From positions 40,030,788 through 40,094,787 of the forward strand of contig CM120640.1 of the NCBI GenBank assembly GCA_051362555.1: a DNA stretch of 64,000 bases, in the 5' to 3' direction. The notes beneath the pieces were generated by a model. That model was not told the origin of the DNA. It made no database searches and worked only from the letters and a program-made list of their open reading frames with translations. Position numbers and translations under genes: made by a program. This document shows, one piece after another, positions 37,799-50,234 of the stretch (position 1 is the stretch's first letter; each line of letters begins with the position of its first letter). Source of the DNA: Lingula anatina. Its lineage: Eukaryota > Animalia > Brachiopoda.

Positions 37799-40700
37799 CT
37801 TGAAAACAATTACCAAATTAAAGCTTAATAAGAGAAAACATTAGGAAAAACGTAGTACACAACACAGGTTTACAGAGAAAAAATCATATCCTCCAGCTAA
37901 GTACATGTATTTCATCGGTTGTGTTATGCACTCAAAGTTTCAATTATACTAGCGGGTACATCAAATAACAGCTGAAAATCAGAATAATCACGGCACTTCT
38001 CCGATATTTCAATGTCTCGTACACTTTCAACGGGACATAAAGCTTAAAGTGTTTTAATGGCCATTTCTTAGGATTGCAATTGCCCCCTTCCCCTTCCAAA
38101 AGAAAATATATGTTTTTAAAACTTCAAAACTTATTGTTAAAATTTTTTAATCAAGTCGTATCTGTATTTACAGGTATATCTGCTTCTATTTGTTCAAGTA
38201 TCGGAGGGCAATTCCAAGCATAGAACGGATAACGAAAATGGTACTGTTCATGCATCTGTTAATTACGTACTAGTACAGTGTATATACCACATTTATTTTA
38301 TCCTTACATTAAAAACAAAGCCTATACATTAGAAAGACAAACTGCCGTCTAGACAGTGGAAAGCCTTCTGCGCATGATTTATTGCTACATGAAGTGCCGT
38401 GTCTAATCTGTGTAATTTATCTTCTGCATACAATTCTAGGCGAATGCCCTGCACATTTCATGGGAGTCGACATTTGACAAAGTCTCTGTAAAAACACTGC
38501 TTGGAAAAAGCATTGCCAGTGCATTTTCGTTTGGCAAGTCAGCTATTTATAGGCGGTATGAAAGAATTACAGCCTATAATGTGCTGCAGGTTGTCATATT
38601 CCACATATACTGACAGTCAATGAAAACGCATCATTTATTTATCAAATAATATTTTAAGTTCCTTTGGCACATTAAGAAAATAACAGTTTTCTTATGAAAT
38701 ATGACCCATTATTCAGTCACACAAGGTGAAATAAAGGTCAGAAAAGATAATTAAAAAAAGATCATTAAAATGCAAGGTCACGTGATCAAATCTCTTTGGT
38801 TTTGCCCAGCCGCCAGCATCCCCAGGACCCGCAGTGGTTCTTCCAGTGTCAGACGTGGCATCACAGAACCTTTTTTCTCATGTGTCATACTGGATTTGGT
38901 GACTACCATAAATAGGCTTAATTAATCACCATATATTGAACCCGATTAATTCACACCAATCAGGAAAAACACATACTTTTGTCACAGCTGATCATAAAAT
39001 CAGCTGATCACAAAATCACTGAAGCGGAAATTATTAAAAAACATCCGAGTGGTCAGCCCACTCTCTTATGACCAAAAAAGTGCATTTGTACTCGTTTATA
39101 TGGTTGGAATCGATTCTCGGTAAAAGTACAAGAGTACAAAAGTACAAGAAAGTTTTCTGATGTGTTTTCATTGACTGTCAGTATATATGTGGACTTTTTG
39201 GGCGCGTGCCGTCAGTGGAACATTTAACTATTTCAATCACTTTTTAATTTTTTTTCCATTTTGAAGGACATTGCAGCATAAAATGGGAAAAAGAATGGGA
39301 CAAGGCAAGACTGTGCAAATATTAGACAAAATGTCTGCGTCACTCACGTGTCTAAGTTGTTTACTTTTCTGTGGCATGACCCAATAATGTATTAAACTAT
39401 ACTCACAGGAACCAATCCACGGCAAATATGAGCTGTATGTCATCCAATGGCAAGCCTACAGCAGTGAGCACAATTGCCATGGTGATGAGACCAGCTTCCG
39501 GCACGCCTGCTGCTCCTATGGACGCCGCAGTTGAAGTGATACTAACATATAAAATAGAGTACTAGTAAATTTATATGAGACCAAATATTGTTCAACCAAT
39601 ATAAATCAAACTTAATAAAAATATCGTTCAAAATGGACAGTTTTTGACGAATGACGTACATGGTGGGCCTATCATAGATGAAGTATCAATAGCTGATTTA
39701 GGAGCGGGAGTATTTTTTATCTCCGAATCTGCAAAGCAATAAGTCTTCTCAGGCTCAATTTGTTTGTATGACAAAACCTTTGGGGTAAAATATTGTAAGA
39801 TAATGTTGTGAATTGTAAAAGTAAACGATTACTGTACCTGACAGTAACGATCTGACCAAAATTCAGTGGGATATTATTGACTTGGGCAATAAAGATGGAT
39901 GCCACGGCTTCATACAGAGCGGTGCCGTCCATGTTAATTGTTGCACCGATCGGAATTACGAAATCCACAGCCTTCTCGTGGACGCCATTGTTTTCTTTAC
40001 AGCATTGCATTGTGACAGGCATAGTCGCAGAACTAAAAAGGATATTGAATTTCATTCTTGATCTACCGTCAGTATGAAAGCGTTTTTGTAGGTGACTGCA
40101 CGTTTACCAGCATTCCTGTCTATGCTAACAATTTTACAATATAGGCCTAGCAGCCTTTAACGTGATATGAATAATGTCGAAAATACAGACAATACCAGTA
40201 TATATTTACTACTGTAAATACACTTTTGCTAATAAAATTATGACTAGTAAAATGAGGAAAAACATTAAGAAGTATTTAAATTCATGTAAAACGGACCTTC
40301 TTAGTGGTTTTTATATAAATCAAACTCATCTCATTGTGTTGAACATTTAGTTTTCACATAATTATTTCACTTTACGTCAAGGAAAAAAGCTGACCTCGAA
40401 GCCGTTCCTAGAGCCGTGAAAATCGCCTTGAGAACCCCGTAAATGTACTTGTACGGGTTCCTCCGAACAAAGATCAGGTAGATAATTGGTAGCAGAATAT
40501 AGCCATGGACAACAAGACCGATTATGACCGTCAGCATATAGTAACCGAGCTGCTCCAGCACACGAGCAGGATCGTCCATAGAAACCACTCTCTCTGCTAC
40601 CAGAAAGAACAGGCCGATCGGGACGTACCTGAAATAAAATTGAAGCATACATTTAAAGGACAATGTTCATGTAAAAATCCATTTCTCGAATTTTGAAGAT

Positions 40701-43700
40701 ACAGCACTCAATCTATACACTAGAGGTATGTTTTAATCGATCCCCGCCATTTAAAAATTATAAAAACAATCTATTAGTAGAAAAAAAAGTGTTTTAGTAA
40801 ACCTCACCTCAATATGCAAAAATGAAGCAACAGATCTGGGTCACGTGGTACTGTGACGACAATCACGATAAAGGTCTATGAGACCCAACTGAGCTGCATG
40901 GTGCTTACAGACGGAGAAGTTAAGGAAAGTTGTGTTGAACGGAGTTGAGGAATTTGCGTTATGCCTCGGTGTGTTGCCGTGGGATTCACCAAAATTGCAG
41001 CTCTCGTTGACGGTCTTCTGTGACTTACTTATTAACTTTGGTGACAATAGTTGCGATGCTCTAGATCATGGTCACCTCAGGTGGTTTAGATCATATCAAG
41101 AGCTGGTAGTCTTTCAGATTAACTGTCATCAGTTGGCAAACTTACTGATTGCTGATGCATTTTAAATGCATTGTAGTTGACCAAAAGCTCGTTTACAACA
41201 AACCTGTTAATTATGCACCGCTGCAATTCCCAAGCCAGGTAATAACAGGTATGAAACTCGTCTTGGTGGGCTTTCAGGCCGAGCAAATAGGACGTTTTTT
41301 AAAGCCAAAAATTTACAAAATGAGCTTTTAATTTGTGTATTTGGATAAAGATATCGTTAGTTGGGCATGTTTTCTGAAGAATATGTTCCGTTCAGGCCAT
41401 TCTGACGACATGAAGCAAACCCTTTAAGGCATTACAACACATTACGAGGGACCGATACCCAATACGTCGCGTGACGCACGTCGACTTGCTTAAAATGTTT
41501 GTTTGTTTGTTTGTTGAGCTTTGCTTTTGCATTAACTTCAACGAGTGCAGTGATAATACAATGGGATTTTGAAAAGTTTGTACCGTTTAAATATTTAGAT
41601 TGATATGAAATAAACCCATCAAACATATGCACCAACAACTACGGGGCTACATTTTTATACAAAGCACATCACAAAAATGTAAAGAGTTGCAACTAGAACA
41701 CAGGCCTGTTAAGGACGTGAAAAATCGTTGATGAGGAGAAATCAAAGAAAAATTCGACTGTTGAAAAACAAAGAAAGCAATAGGAATAAAATGTGTTCCA
41801 CTTACCATAAAACGGCATGAATTAAAACAAGTACAGCATCGCACAACGAAGCGAAGAAATTCTTGAGAGGTACTCCACGTGCACCCAATTTACTGATCAC
41901 AATACCGAGTGCGACAGAGAAGACGATCAGCCCTAGCACATTCATCCCGTCTTTGGTACCAGTAGAAGTGGACTTCACAATATATGGGACATTTACATAG
42001 TACTGAGTTTCTGAAATAAAAGCGATGGGATTAAACTTAAATTGACAGGTTACTTAGGAGATACGCAGCTCGTTAGGGGAGACCGGGGCTAGTTGGACCC
42101 CGGGGTAAGTTGCCCCCCCCCCCCCCCCCCCCCCATCAAGTCTCTTTAATAAAGTTACTTTAAGATGCTAAATTATTTCATTTGGACTCACTGCCGACAC
42201 TTTCTTAGCAATATTGGATACGGTCACTTTACAAAATGATGTGATCAATACTTTACCCCATAGTAACTTTGTCATAAATTGATGGGGGGGGGGGGCAACT
42301 TACCCCGGGGTCCAACTAGCCCCGGTCTCCCCTATGTTAAAGGTCAGCCGTTAAGGCTGACGGTCTGTCGAAATTAAAGGTGTCTGCGTTTGTACAGCTA
42401 AATGCCTCAAAGTCATATAGTTTATACCCTGCGGAGCTTTTCATCTTTTCCAGTTAAGGCCTTATTAACGGTAAACCTCCTAAATTAAAAGTACAGTAGC
42501 TGGTAGGTCCATAGCCAAAGATGGGGGTCGAGGGGTTCGAAAGAACCACCTTTTTGCTAGGAAAAGGTCCCCACTGGGTAAAATTTTATCTAGGTACACA
42601 AAAGTTCCATGGTAAAAGGTCCACTTTTTCAGAAAAATACTCCCCCCCCTTTTTGAAACTGCGGGCCGTGCAAATTTTTGCCGCTGACTGTGTTCAGTTC
42701 GTGAAGACATCCCGGTCACTCAGCTGTGACACCAAAATGCATTTGGGATTGACCCGAGTTGATCAAGTCCAGAGCATCCTTAGTCTGTATGCTGTGCTGT
42801 TGATTTTAGTGTCTTTTCCGAAAAAAATTAACACTCCCATTACGACTAACAGTACACGCATCACTGCTTGTATCTTGTTGTCATGGTCCAAAATCACATA
42901 ACCATACGACGAATAATATTATTCGCCCAAGCCTGACCTAACCTAACCTACCCTCTGATATTAGGATTTCTAAAATAATATACAGAATTCAAGTATGAGC
43001 GATACCACAGTTCGTAACAGGCTACTAGCGCGCCCTGTGGTCAGTGAATAAACCTAACCTATCTTTTAAGGTGATATTACGAGGTAAGTAACTCTCACAC
43101 TCTGCGTAACATGCATGTACCTCGTAATACCATACTGTACACATATTTTTATGAAAGTTTGTTGTACACATGTCTATATATAAATCAGGCTTTAAGCCTT
43201 TCCACAGCTATTTGTGTATCCAACTCCTTATTTCTAAAATCTCTTTGCAAATTGACTTATTCTTTTAGAAAAAATCGTATTCAAGTGATCCGAACGTGTT
43301 TTCGAGAAGATTCGAATGTATGAAGTAATGGGGCAAGTGGAATTTGGTAGGCTTAAATTTGCACAATATCAACGGAACGTAAACATTGCATAAGTGAACA
43401 AATCAGGTTTCTTCCATTTGGCAGGTGTATACGTATTTAAACAGTTAAACTAAATACACAGCGCGCCTGTGTGGCCATTTTAACAAGAAATCAACTCTAT
43501 ACCTCTCCTCTGTCTTGCATAGGAATTTGGTGCTTTGAACAATTTTTTTTAAAAGTATTGTATAAAATATTTTAAAAATACATATATTTTAAAGACATAA
43601 CAAACTCACCTGTAACATTATCCTTGTTTGTCACGTTTCTCTGCATCACTTCGGAAATGTTAGCGTTTTGTTTGTAAACTTCTGGGTCCATCGACGCTAT

Positions 43701-45798
43701 TAAGTTGTACAGAGAGTCGTTGAGTCGACTCATGTCAACGGTATGTGCATTGTACTCCACCGTCTTCTTGATATCAGTCGATGTCTAAAAAATGTAGTTA
43801 TAATTATAGTACGATCAAAGTACTCCATCATAGTTATCGTGAGCTCGCCTTCAAAAATACCATACGGTATAAATATACGTATGGTATAGGTTTAATGGTT
43901 TAATATATTAAATGTTTGACTGAATATAAAATTTCGCAAAAAAAAAAAAATAGGGATATTTGAAACCATTACAGAGGTACACAGGTAGCATGATAAAATG
44001 TAATTACGGAAACTATATAAAAATGAACCATTTGATTTACAGTTGAGGTTTGGATATTATGTGGAGTGAGGAGTAGGTTGGGTGACGCTTTTGCTCTAAT
44101 AGCGCATAAAATTACCAGAGAAGCACAGCAGATTTATTGCATACGCGCTAAAAAGAGCACTCTAATAAAAACTTACAATTATTCCAATACAATATCATCC
44201 TTCAAAAATTATGCAATGAAATCGAATGCTTGGCAATCGTAAATGGTATCTGATTCTACACTGAAGAAGTAAATCATTAAATGCGATCCTGAAATACGGC
44301 TTGATTGGCAATATTGAAAGTTAAAAATAATCCGAAAGTCAAATGCATGTAATGTGTATGTGCGCGGTTATTTGACAACGTCGTGATCTTTTTCTCGAGT
44401 TCAGGGCGTTGTTCCTTGGTGAAACCTGCCTGTTAATATATGTCTTACACGTTGAATAACCAATAACAACCTTCTTACAATAAAGGGGATTTTTAATTTT
44501 CTACATGTACATGTGGTTCAGCGGTATTTTTGACTCTAAGTAACTCAAATGCATACATAGAGGTGAGGTCGCTCTTTTCTTTGCAAACAAGTCAGACATA
44601 TACAAAAATATACAAACATATACAAAAACACCTTAACTGTAGTCTAAAGTGAAGAAAATTCTATGGTAAGAATGTTGCCCCGTGAACACTCTAAATAAGA
44701 AAAACACACGAGTGTCAGGTGTACGGGACCTGAACTGACTCGCTAGCTGACACCAAAGGCCAGACAGTGTATGCTGGTGTATTACCGCATTGTTAAAGAA
44801 ATGTTAAAGTATTCATGACTTAAAATTTATTTTCTTTTCATACCCGGCAGACTAGTTATCATCAAAATCCATTTACTTAAAAAAGAAAACATACATTGTA
44901 AAGCTTGGCTTAATCTTGCTTAATCTGTCACGCTAAAATCCAGCCCCATTCAAACTTACTGAAAATGACTTATAATCCTGTCTTATCATGACTTATTATC
45001 TGTATTGAACAAAAAAAAAACTTACCTGGCGAAATGCAGCTTCAATCAGGTTACTTGGAAAGCAATTTCTAAACAGAGATAAGCAAAACTTAAATATCAC
45101 ATTTCTAAATGAATCAAATATTACTAGCAGATTGAACATAAGATATCAGAACGATTTCATTGATGAGTATATTGTAAATAATACACAATCATCCTGAGCA
45201 AAACTTTTTCGTAAATGTTTTATTTGAAAAAAAATCCAGGGCAATTTGGAGGAAAAGCACAACAGTTATTGAAAACAATTCACCTTTTTCTCCATTAATA
45301 CTCTTTTTTCTTTCATACTTACAACACTAAATCCAGTAGAGAATCCAGGGCCTCGACATCTCTCACGACCTTGTCAGCTCTGTCAACGCAAGGGGGTTCG
45401 GGGCATTCAGCCTCCCCTCTATTTCCTGGCTGTATGGTCACGACCAGAACTATGCCTAAGATCACAGCGACCAGGGTGGTGCACATGTAATAGGCGATAG
45501 CCCTGGCCCCAAGTTTTCCAGTGGAGGACGAGGGTAAGGAGGCTATTCCAGAGATAAGGCTTGAAACGACCAATGGAAGAATCAACATCTTCAGCATACG
45601 TAGTAAGATTTCCCCAGGAAATTTCAGGTACTTTGCCTGCTGCGCGGTCAAGGGCGGGTCCAGCGTGCGTAGCCCGGCCCCTAGGGCGATCCCTAAAGCC
45701 ACGCCTAAGATGATACTTATAACCATCAGATGTGGGCGAAAAGCTTCCCAACATCTTCTCGCCTTTGACCTTGATCTGCCAGTTTGATATTTACCCAT
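37576..45798 (-). CDS. SLC1A: Gene A: intact SLC1A/EAAT-type Na+-coupled acidic amino acid (glutamate/aspartate) transporter, 8 coding exons, 561 aa
   Basis: Exons 45798-45323, 45068-45026, 43784-43610, 42010-41806, 40628-40395, 40032-39838, 39541-39407 and 37798-37576 sum to 1686 nt. All introns are GT-AG and phases are consistent. Motifs: [36 protein letters not shown] (HP1), [14 protein letters not shown] (TM7), [10 protein letters not shown] (HP2), [16 protein letters not shown] (TM8). Ends in DTRM, a class I PDZ-ligand-like tail. Confidence 0.95.
38610..39181. mobile_element. Tc1/mariner-like non-autonomous element in gene A intron 7
   Basis: TA|CTGACAGTCAATGAAAACGCATCA...TGATGTGTTTTCATTGACTGTCAG|TA; the equivalent intron in B is only 117 nt. 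Confidence 0.78.
39407..39541 (-). CDS. SLC1A: Gene A exon 7 (HP2, start of TM8)
   Basis: 135 nt, [46 protein letters not shown]; ttag acceptor, gtgagt donor. Confidence 0.94.
39838..40032 (-). CDS. SLC1A: Gene A exon 6 (HP1b, TM7 NMDGT)
   Basis: 195 nt, [10 protein letters not shown]...[22 protein letters not shown]...; same length in B and C. Confidence 0.95.
40395..40628 (-). CDS. SLC1A: Gene A exon 5 (TM5-TM6-HP1a)
   Basis: 234 nt, YVPIGLFFL...ALGTAS; same length in genes B and C. Confidence 0.95.
40657..41423. mobile_element. Kolobok-like MITE (TTAA TSD, AGG...CCT ends) in gene A intron 4
   Basis: TTAA|AGGACAATGTTCATG...CATGAAGCAAACCCT|TTAA. Removing it gives GCATACATTTAAGGCATTA, matching the empty site GCATAAATTCAAGGTATTA in gene B (~56832-56850). 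Confidence 0.8.
41806..42010 (-). CDS. SLC1A: Gene A exon 4 ([11 protein letters not shown]...TM5)
   Basis: ttcag acceptor and gtaagt donor; hand translation [69 protein letters not shown]. Not in the ORF track. Confidence 0.93.
42076..42332. mobile_element. Young 257-nt MITE with GGGGAGACCGGGG TIRs and TA TSD, in gene A intron 3
   Basis: TA|GGGGAGACCGGGGCTAGTTGGACCCCGGGGTAAGTTGCCC...GGGCAACTTACCCCGGGGTCCAACTAGCCCCGGTCTCCCC|TA; arms are perfect apart from homopolymer length. Confidence 0.92.
42504..42670. mobile_element. Degenerate hAT-like MITE (GGGGTTCG..GAACC / AAAAGGTCCAC family)
   Basis: The same motifs recur at ~34820-34865 and ~60591-60654. Confidence 0.5.
43610..43784 (-). CDS. SLC1A: Gene A exon 3 (extracellular loop with four N-x-S/T sequons)
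   Basis: ttttag acceptor and gtgagt donor; [14 protein letters not shown]...NDS...NIS...NVT...NVT; frame fits both neighbours and the exon is conserved in gene B. Confidence 0.88.
45026..45068 (-). CDS. SLC1A: Gene A exon 2 (43 nt, [14 protein letters not shown])
   Basis: tttag acceptor and gtaag donor; matches the EAAT NxFPxNL motif; a 43-nt counterpart exists in gene B. Confidence 0.92.
45323..45798 (-). CDS. SLC1A: Gene A coding exon 1 (N-terminus, TM1-TM3)
   Basis: ATG at 45798 ([17 protein letters not shown]...) with an in-frame stop upstream near 45919; donor GTAAGT at 45322. Confidence 0.9.
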
Positions 45799-46745
45799 TT
45801 TCTTCAATATTCTTTGAAAAGAACTGCCCGTTTCTTGTCGTAGGCCTATTCGTAATCTTCTTCGCCTTGGTTGGTAAATGCCCCAAATGACCGTGTTTAC
45901 TCTGTTGAATTCTTGGGCTCAACAGTCTGAGGAAGAAAAGCACTTTTATTTATCTACCTGAGTTCACGGGGAGTACCCAAAGGTAAAGTAGATACCCGTA
46001 TGTTTTCAGTATATTATAGGCCTACACCCAGTGACAATGTCAAATATACAAACAAGTCTATCCGATGTCAAATGGGCCGCAAATGGCGTCTCCATCTGAG
46101 AACAACACTCTTTTTGTGTTAACTGTATGAATATATTGCTAATTTGATTTAATTTATGATTATTGTGATAAAATCTAAAAGCGATTAAAATATCAATCAT
46201 ACAATTTTTTAATTCTTCTTCGGCTTTAGATGTACCTTTCAATTTCTTTTAAAGTTTTCAAACTTTGGATGTTGCCATAAGAAATATGATCTGTAAAGAA
46301 ATCATGCAGGGGTCATATGCAAAGAATAACTGAAGCTGTTATGTCAATATTCTATCACAAAAAGGAGAAAAAAAGGTGAATAGGCCGTGTTTGGTATGGA
46401 AGCCTGCACACAAAGAAACCTTAAATAATTTTATCAAAAATTCTACAGACGTGTGTCATTCCACTCTACATGCCCATTCTACACCGTATTCCAAATGTGG
46501 AAACTCGCATTTTAAATAGGTAAGTGTCAGCGTTAGGCCTAACTTCACGTGTATTATAAATAACCGAAGTGAGGCAGTGACAATACTACCAGTATGTAGT
46601 AGCTAAAAGCATCAGCCTCTCATTTGATGTCCCTTCCACATAGGAATGTATATGTACATGTATGATTGATGAGCTGTAGTTATAAGCATTAGTAAGTCGC
46701 AGAAGTATAATTGGCAGATTTATGTAACTGATATAGTCCGTGTGT

Positions 46746-46767
46746 TATTATTATCATTATTATTAGC

Positions 46768-46807
<40 letters not shown>
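46746..46807. repeat. (TTA)n microsatellite
   Basis: Directly visible. Confidence 0.92.
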
Positions 46808-46808
<1 letters not shown>

Positions 46809-49800
46809 TTTGTTGACCCGGTGTGGAAATGTAGAGAACGTCCATCATAGGATATTGTTTTCAAAAGTGGCTCCCGATACTGTAGTGTTGTCACAGAGCA
46901 CAAATAGGGCAAGGTTATTTTTCATGTAAGCATGCAAGGTGTTTGCGGTCTGTTTACATTGATCTAACTGGTGAAATCCGTTTTCGAACCATAATCGGTG
47001 CGGTGTATTTTGACAGGAAAGGGACGGTCTGACTTCACTTCCTTAAGCAAGAAGTTGTTAATTTGACAAAAAAGAAAGTTATAGAGACGTAATTGTTATT
47101 ATTACAATTAATGACTATCATTATGCTTTGTTCTAAAATTGGTGCGTATCAGGGTCGCCATAAGCTGCTACTTTGTGTAAATGCTTGCAATATAAATTGC
47201 TATGCAGTTATTTTATTTATCTTGTTTTCAGCTACTGGCTTAAGGCAAAAAAGTTGTCAACAAGCCCGCCCCATGAGGTTTGACAGGTTATTTGTCCTCT
47301 CGCGTGTGTTTTATCGTTACAATATCACCACTGCACTGGCTATGCTAGACGAATAGTTGAATAGTTAAATAACACCAGTGCATTTATTTGGCGTCCCGGA
47401 GAAGACGTCTATGTTGTTTGAAATTTAAGTGAAGCAGCTGACATCAAACAATAAAGAAACATGAATTCATGTCTCCTTCATCCCAGTGTACCACAAACTT
47501 TCATAGTCCCATTCTCAACGAGAAAGAAGGCAACGAAGAATATTGGTTGTTCGAGATTTGGCCAAGCAGGGCCGCTTTTATTATACAACCCCACTATCCT
47601 AATCATTTTAACAATGTATCTGTTCATCGAAAACCAGTATTAACAGAGCGTCAATCTCTGCTTCGTCTAAAGAACTACAAATTGTATTTGGCTTTTTAAA
47701 CATTCGTGTCACATGGAGATAAAACATACTGTGCTTACCTTAAAGGAAATACCTTGTCTATTTTCAGCCTCTTCGATAACAATGAAACTGTTAGCTAATA
47801 TGTTATGAAATCTTTACGTCTGTAGGTCCATTGCGTTGAAGTGAAGGCAAATTCATACTGTTTCACTGTGTATCTTTTGCCTGCAGGAATAACGTACTAC
47901 TGTATCCAAGGCCTCATCTTTACGTAAAAGGTGAGTTACCGGTAATTGTGTACCTTTCAGGTGACAGAATTTGTCTTAAAATATAGGCCTACAGCACGCC
48001 GTATTGTGGTCGTAATGTGTCAACGTAAATTAAATGTTAAGTTTTTCCGGTATAGCGCCACAATGATATTTCAAAAGAAAAATCCATGGGCACATATGGC
48101 ACATAGGCCTACATACCGTACAGGTGTAAGAAAACTTCAGTCTACGTTGATTAAGTAACCGTCCAAAGCTGCCCGTTATCTTTAAATGGCAGAAACATAA
48201 ATGATGAGAGGGTCATTGTATTCCTTAAGCAGCGAAAAAAACTATTGTACATACCTGCGCAGTGATCATCGTTATACATGTACAGGTACCTATAGCAGCA
48301 TACAGAAAACAGGTGGGTTTTAAAAAGAAAATTATATACTTATACACTATAGCTAATAAGTCCCCGGTCACTTTAATAGCACACGCTGTCTACATCAGAC
48401 GCGTTAATGCCCACGTCCCCGACAGTGTTAATGATAGGGGGATTACGATGGACAGCGCATGTTGCTCACAGCAGTAGGCACTGCCGCCGAAGTTAAACCG
48501 GTAATTAAGTCTTTAACTTGACTAAACATGTTTTGCTTTGTAACTTGCGTCCTTCAGTCTTGCTGTTGCGGAAGCGCCGGCGGGACATATCTCCACCTTG
48601 CCGATATTTATCCCGACTCTCGACTTTAAAAGTATTATTGGTTTTGATTTTATCAAAGTCTTATTATATCAGAAAACCTGCATATTTTCATACGTTAAGA
48701 GAATTATAGAAACTGTAGAAAAAGCTACTCGTACATCAGGGATAAAAAACAACACCTTGCAGCACTATTACCTATTATTCATCACCAGAAGTTACTGTTT
48801 CACTTTTTTCTCCCAAATTACAAAGTCTGATGACAACTGAAAGCCTTTAGCCATACCTCAGGGCAGTGGGAGATAGTCTGGATTTGATTAAATGTAATAA
48901 AAGTATATTTTGAAGAATTTTCCTAGCCTTCGGCAATTTCCGCAAAGCTTCGGCATGCGCGGCAATACAGAGCTGTCGATATCTGTAAACGTGTACAAAA
49001 GAATTGGTGGAACAACGGTGAACGTCGTTGAGTCGTCTGCAACTTATCCGACGGGAGTTCGTGTCCCTGCCGGTACTTCTGAAGATTTTGAAAGTGTCAT
49101 TATTATAAATATCTATTAATATATAAAACAGTCGTGGCTAATTATTTTTGCAACGGAAAGCACAGTAGGAAGGTTGGTTGTTATTGTTAAAAGTTATTTT
49201 TACTGGGGACATAAATTAGTATGCTAATCTCTTATCATGGTATAATGATTGATACGATGGGTATCAAATAGTTTTCCTTTGATATAAACAACAAAAGAGC
49301 GGCCTTCCAAATATCTTTGCTGAATGTTTATAACGTAGGTACTATTATGCGCAAAAATATTGATACATGACGCAAACGACATTTACTAATTTTGGTAATA
49401 TCAATTTTAATTAAAATTAAATTTAATTGAAATTAAAATTAAAATTTGTCTAAACGTGCAAATTACCATTCACCTTGTTTAAAGGGTTCGCAACACTTTA
49501 CATTCTAATACATTTTGCCAATTTTCATGTTTATTTTGATTTGAGAGAAAGCGAGAGAAGACCCTCTACTAGGGCTGCAAATTAATTATGAGTATTTTTC
49601 TTCAGTGCAAGAGACTGTAATGAAAAATCAATCTGTAACTCTGGTATAGGGTGGCCTTGTGTGTGTAATAATATACAAGTAGGGGCAGGGGTACAGTTTT
49701 ATAGTACAAATAGTCATTTTATACATCTTATTGATCTCATCGTCGGGTCATTGTTTACAATAGCGCTTTGTCGCTGTGCGTACCTTTTTGCATTTGAGTT

Positions 49801-50234
49801 AGACTCAGTCAGTAACAGCTGGTGATTTTGTCTTTTTTGCGTTTCATTGACAATATTTTGGCCACCTAAGTAGGGAAATGTGGCTCTTTGTTTTGAAATG
49901 ACATTTCCATTGTTCCTTTGAACATGCAAAAGTCAACACACTTACGTCAACATACTTACTTTGTAATACCAACCCAGGGGAAGAAACAAAAGCCTCATAA
50001 GGTGTCGTCATTCACACTGTAAAAGGTGTTAATTTCATGCTTCTATTGTTTGCCCATGAATCATTATGACAAATTTGTAGGGTTGCCAGATCACTGGCGC
50101 TTCATTCAATTCTCTATATCTGCCCTGCAGCCTGGGATGAGTGATACTTGACTGACCTTTGTTTACATCTGGAGATTTTCTTTATAATTCGATCAGTGTG
50201 CATAAATTATGATATTTTCCATCAGGAAAAATAC

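Noticed and set aside
22960-39567. TACTAGTA as a footprint of CT...AG elements
   Set aside because: Only about 4 occurrences seen against about 2 expected, and no filled/empty pair.
40377-40696. Alternative-frame and antisense ORFs over EAAT exons (also 45419-45787, 55925-56236, 56581-56835)
   Set aside because: Shadows of real exons; similarity between A and B copies is explained by the main frame.
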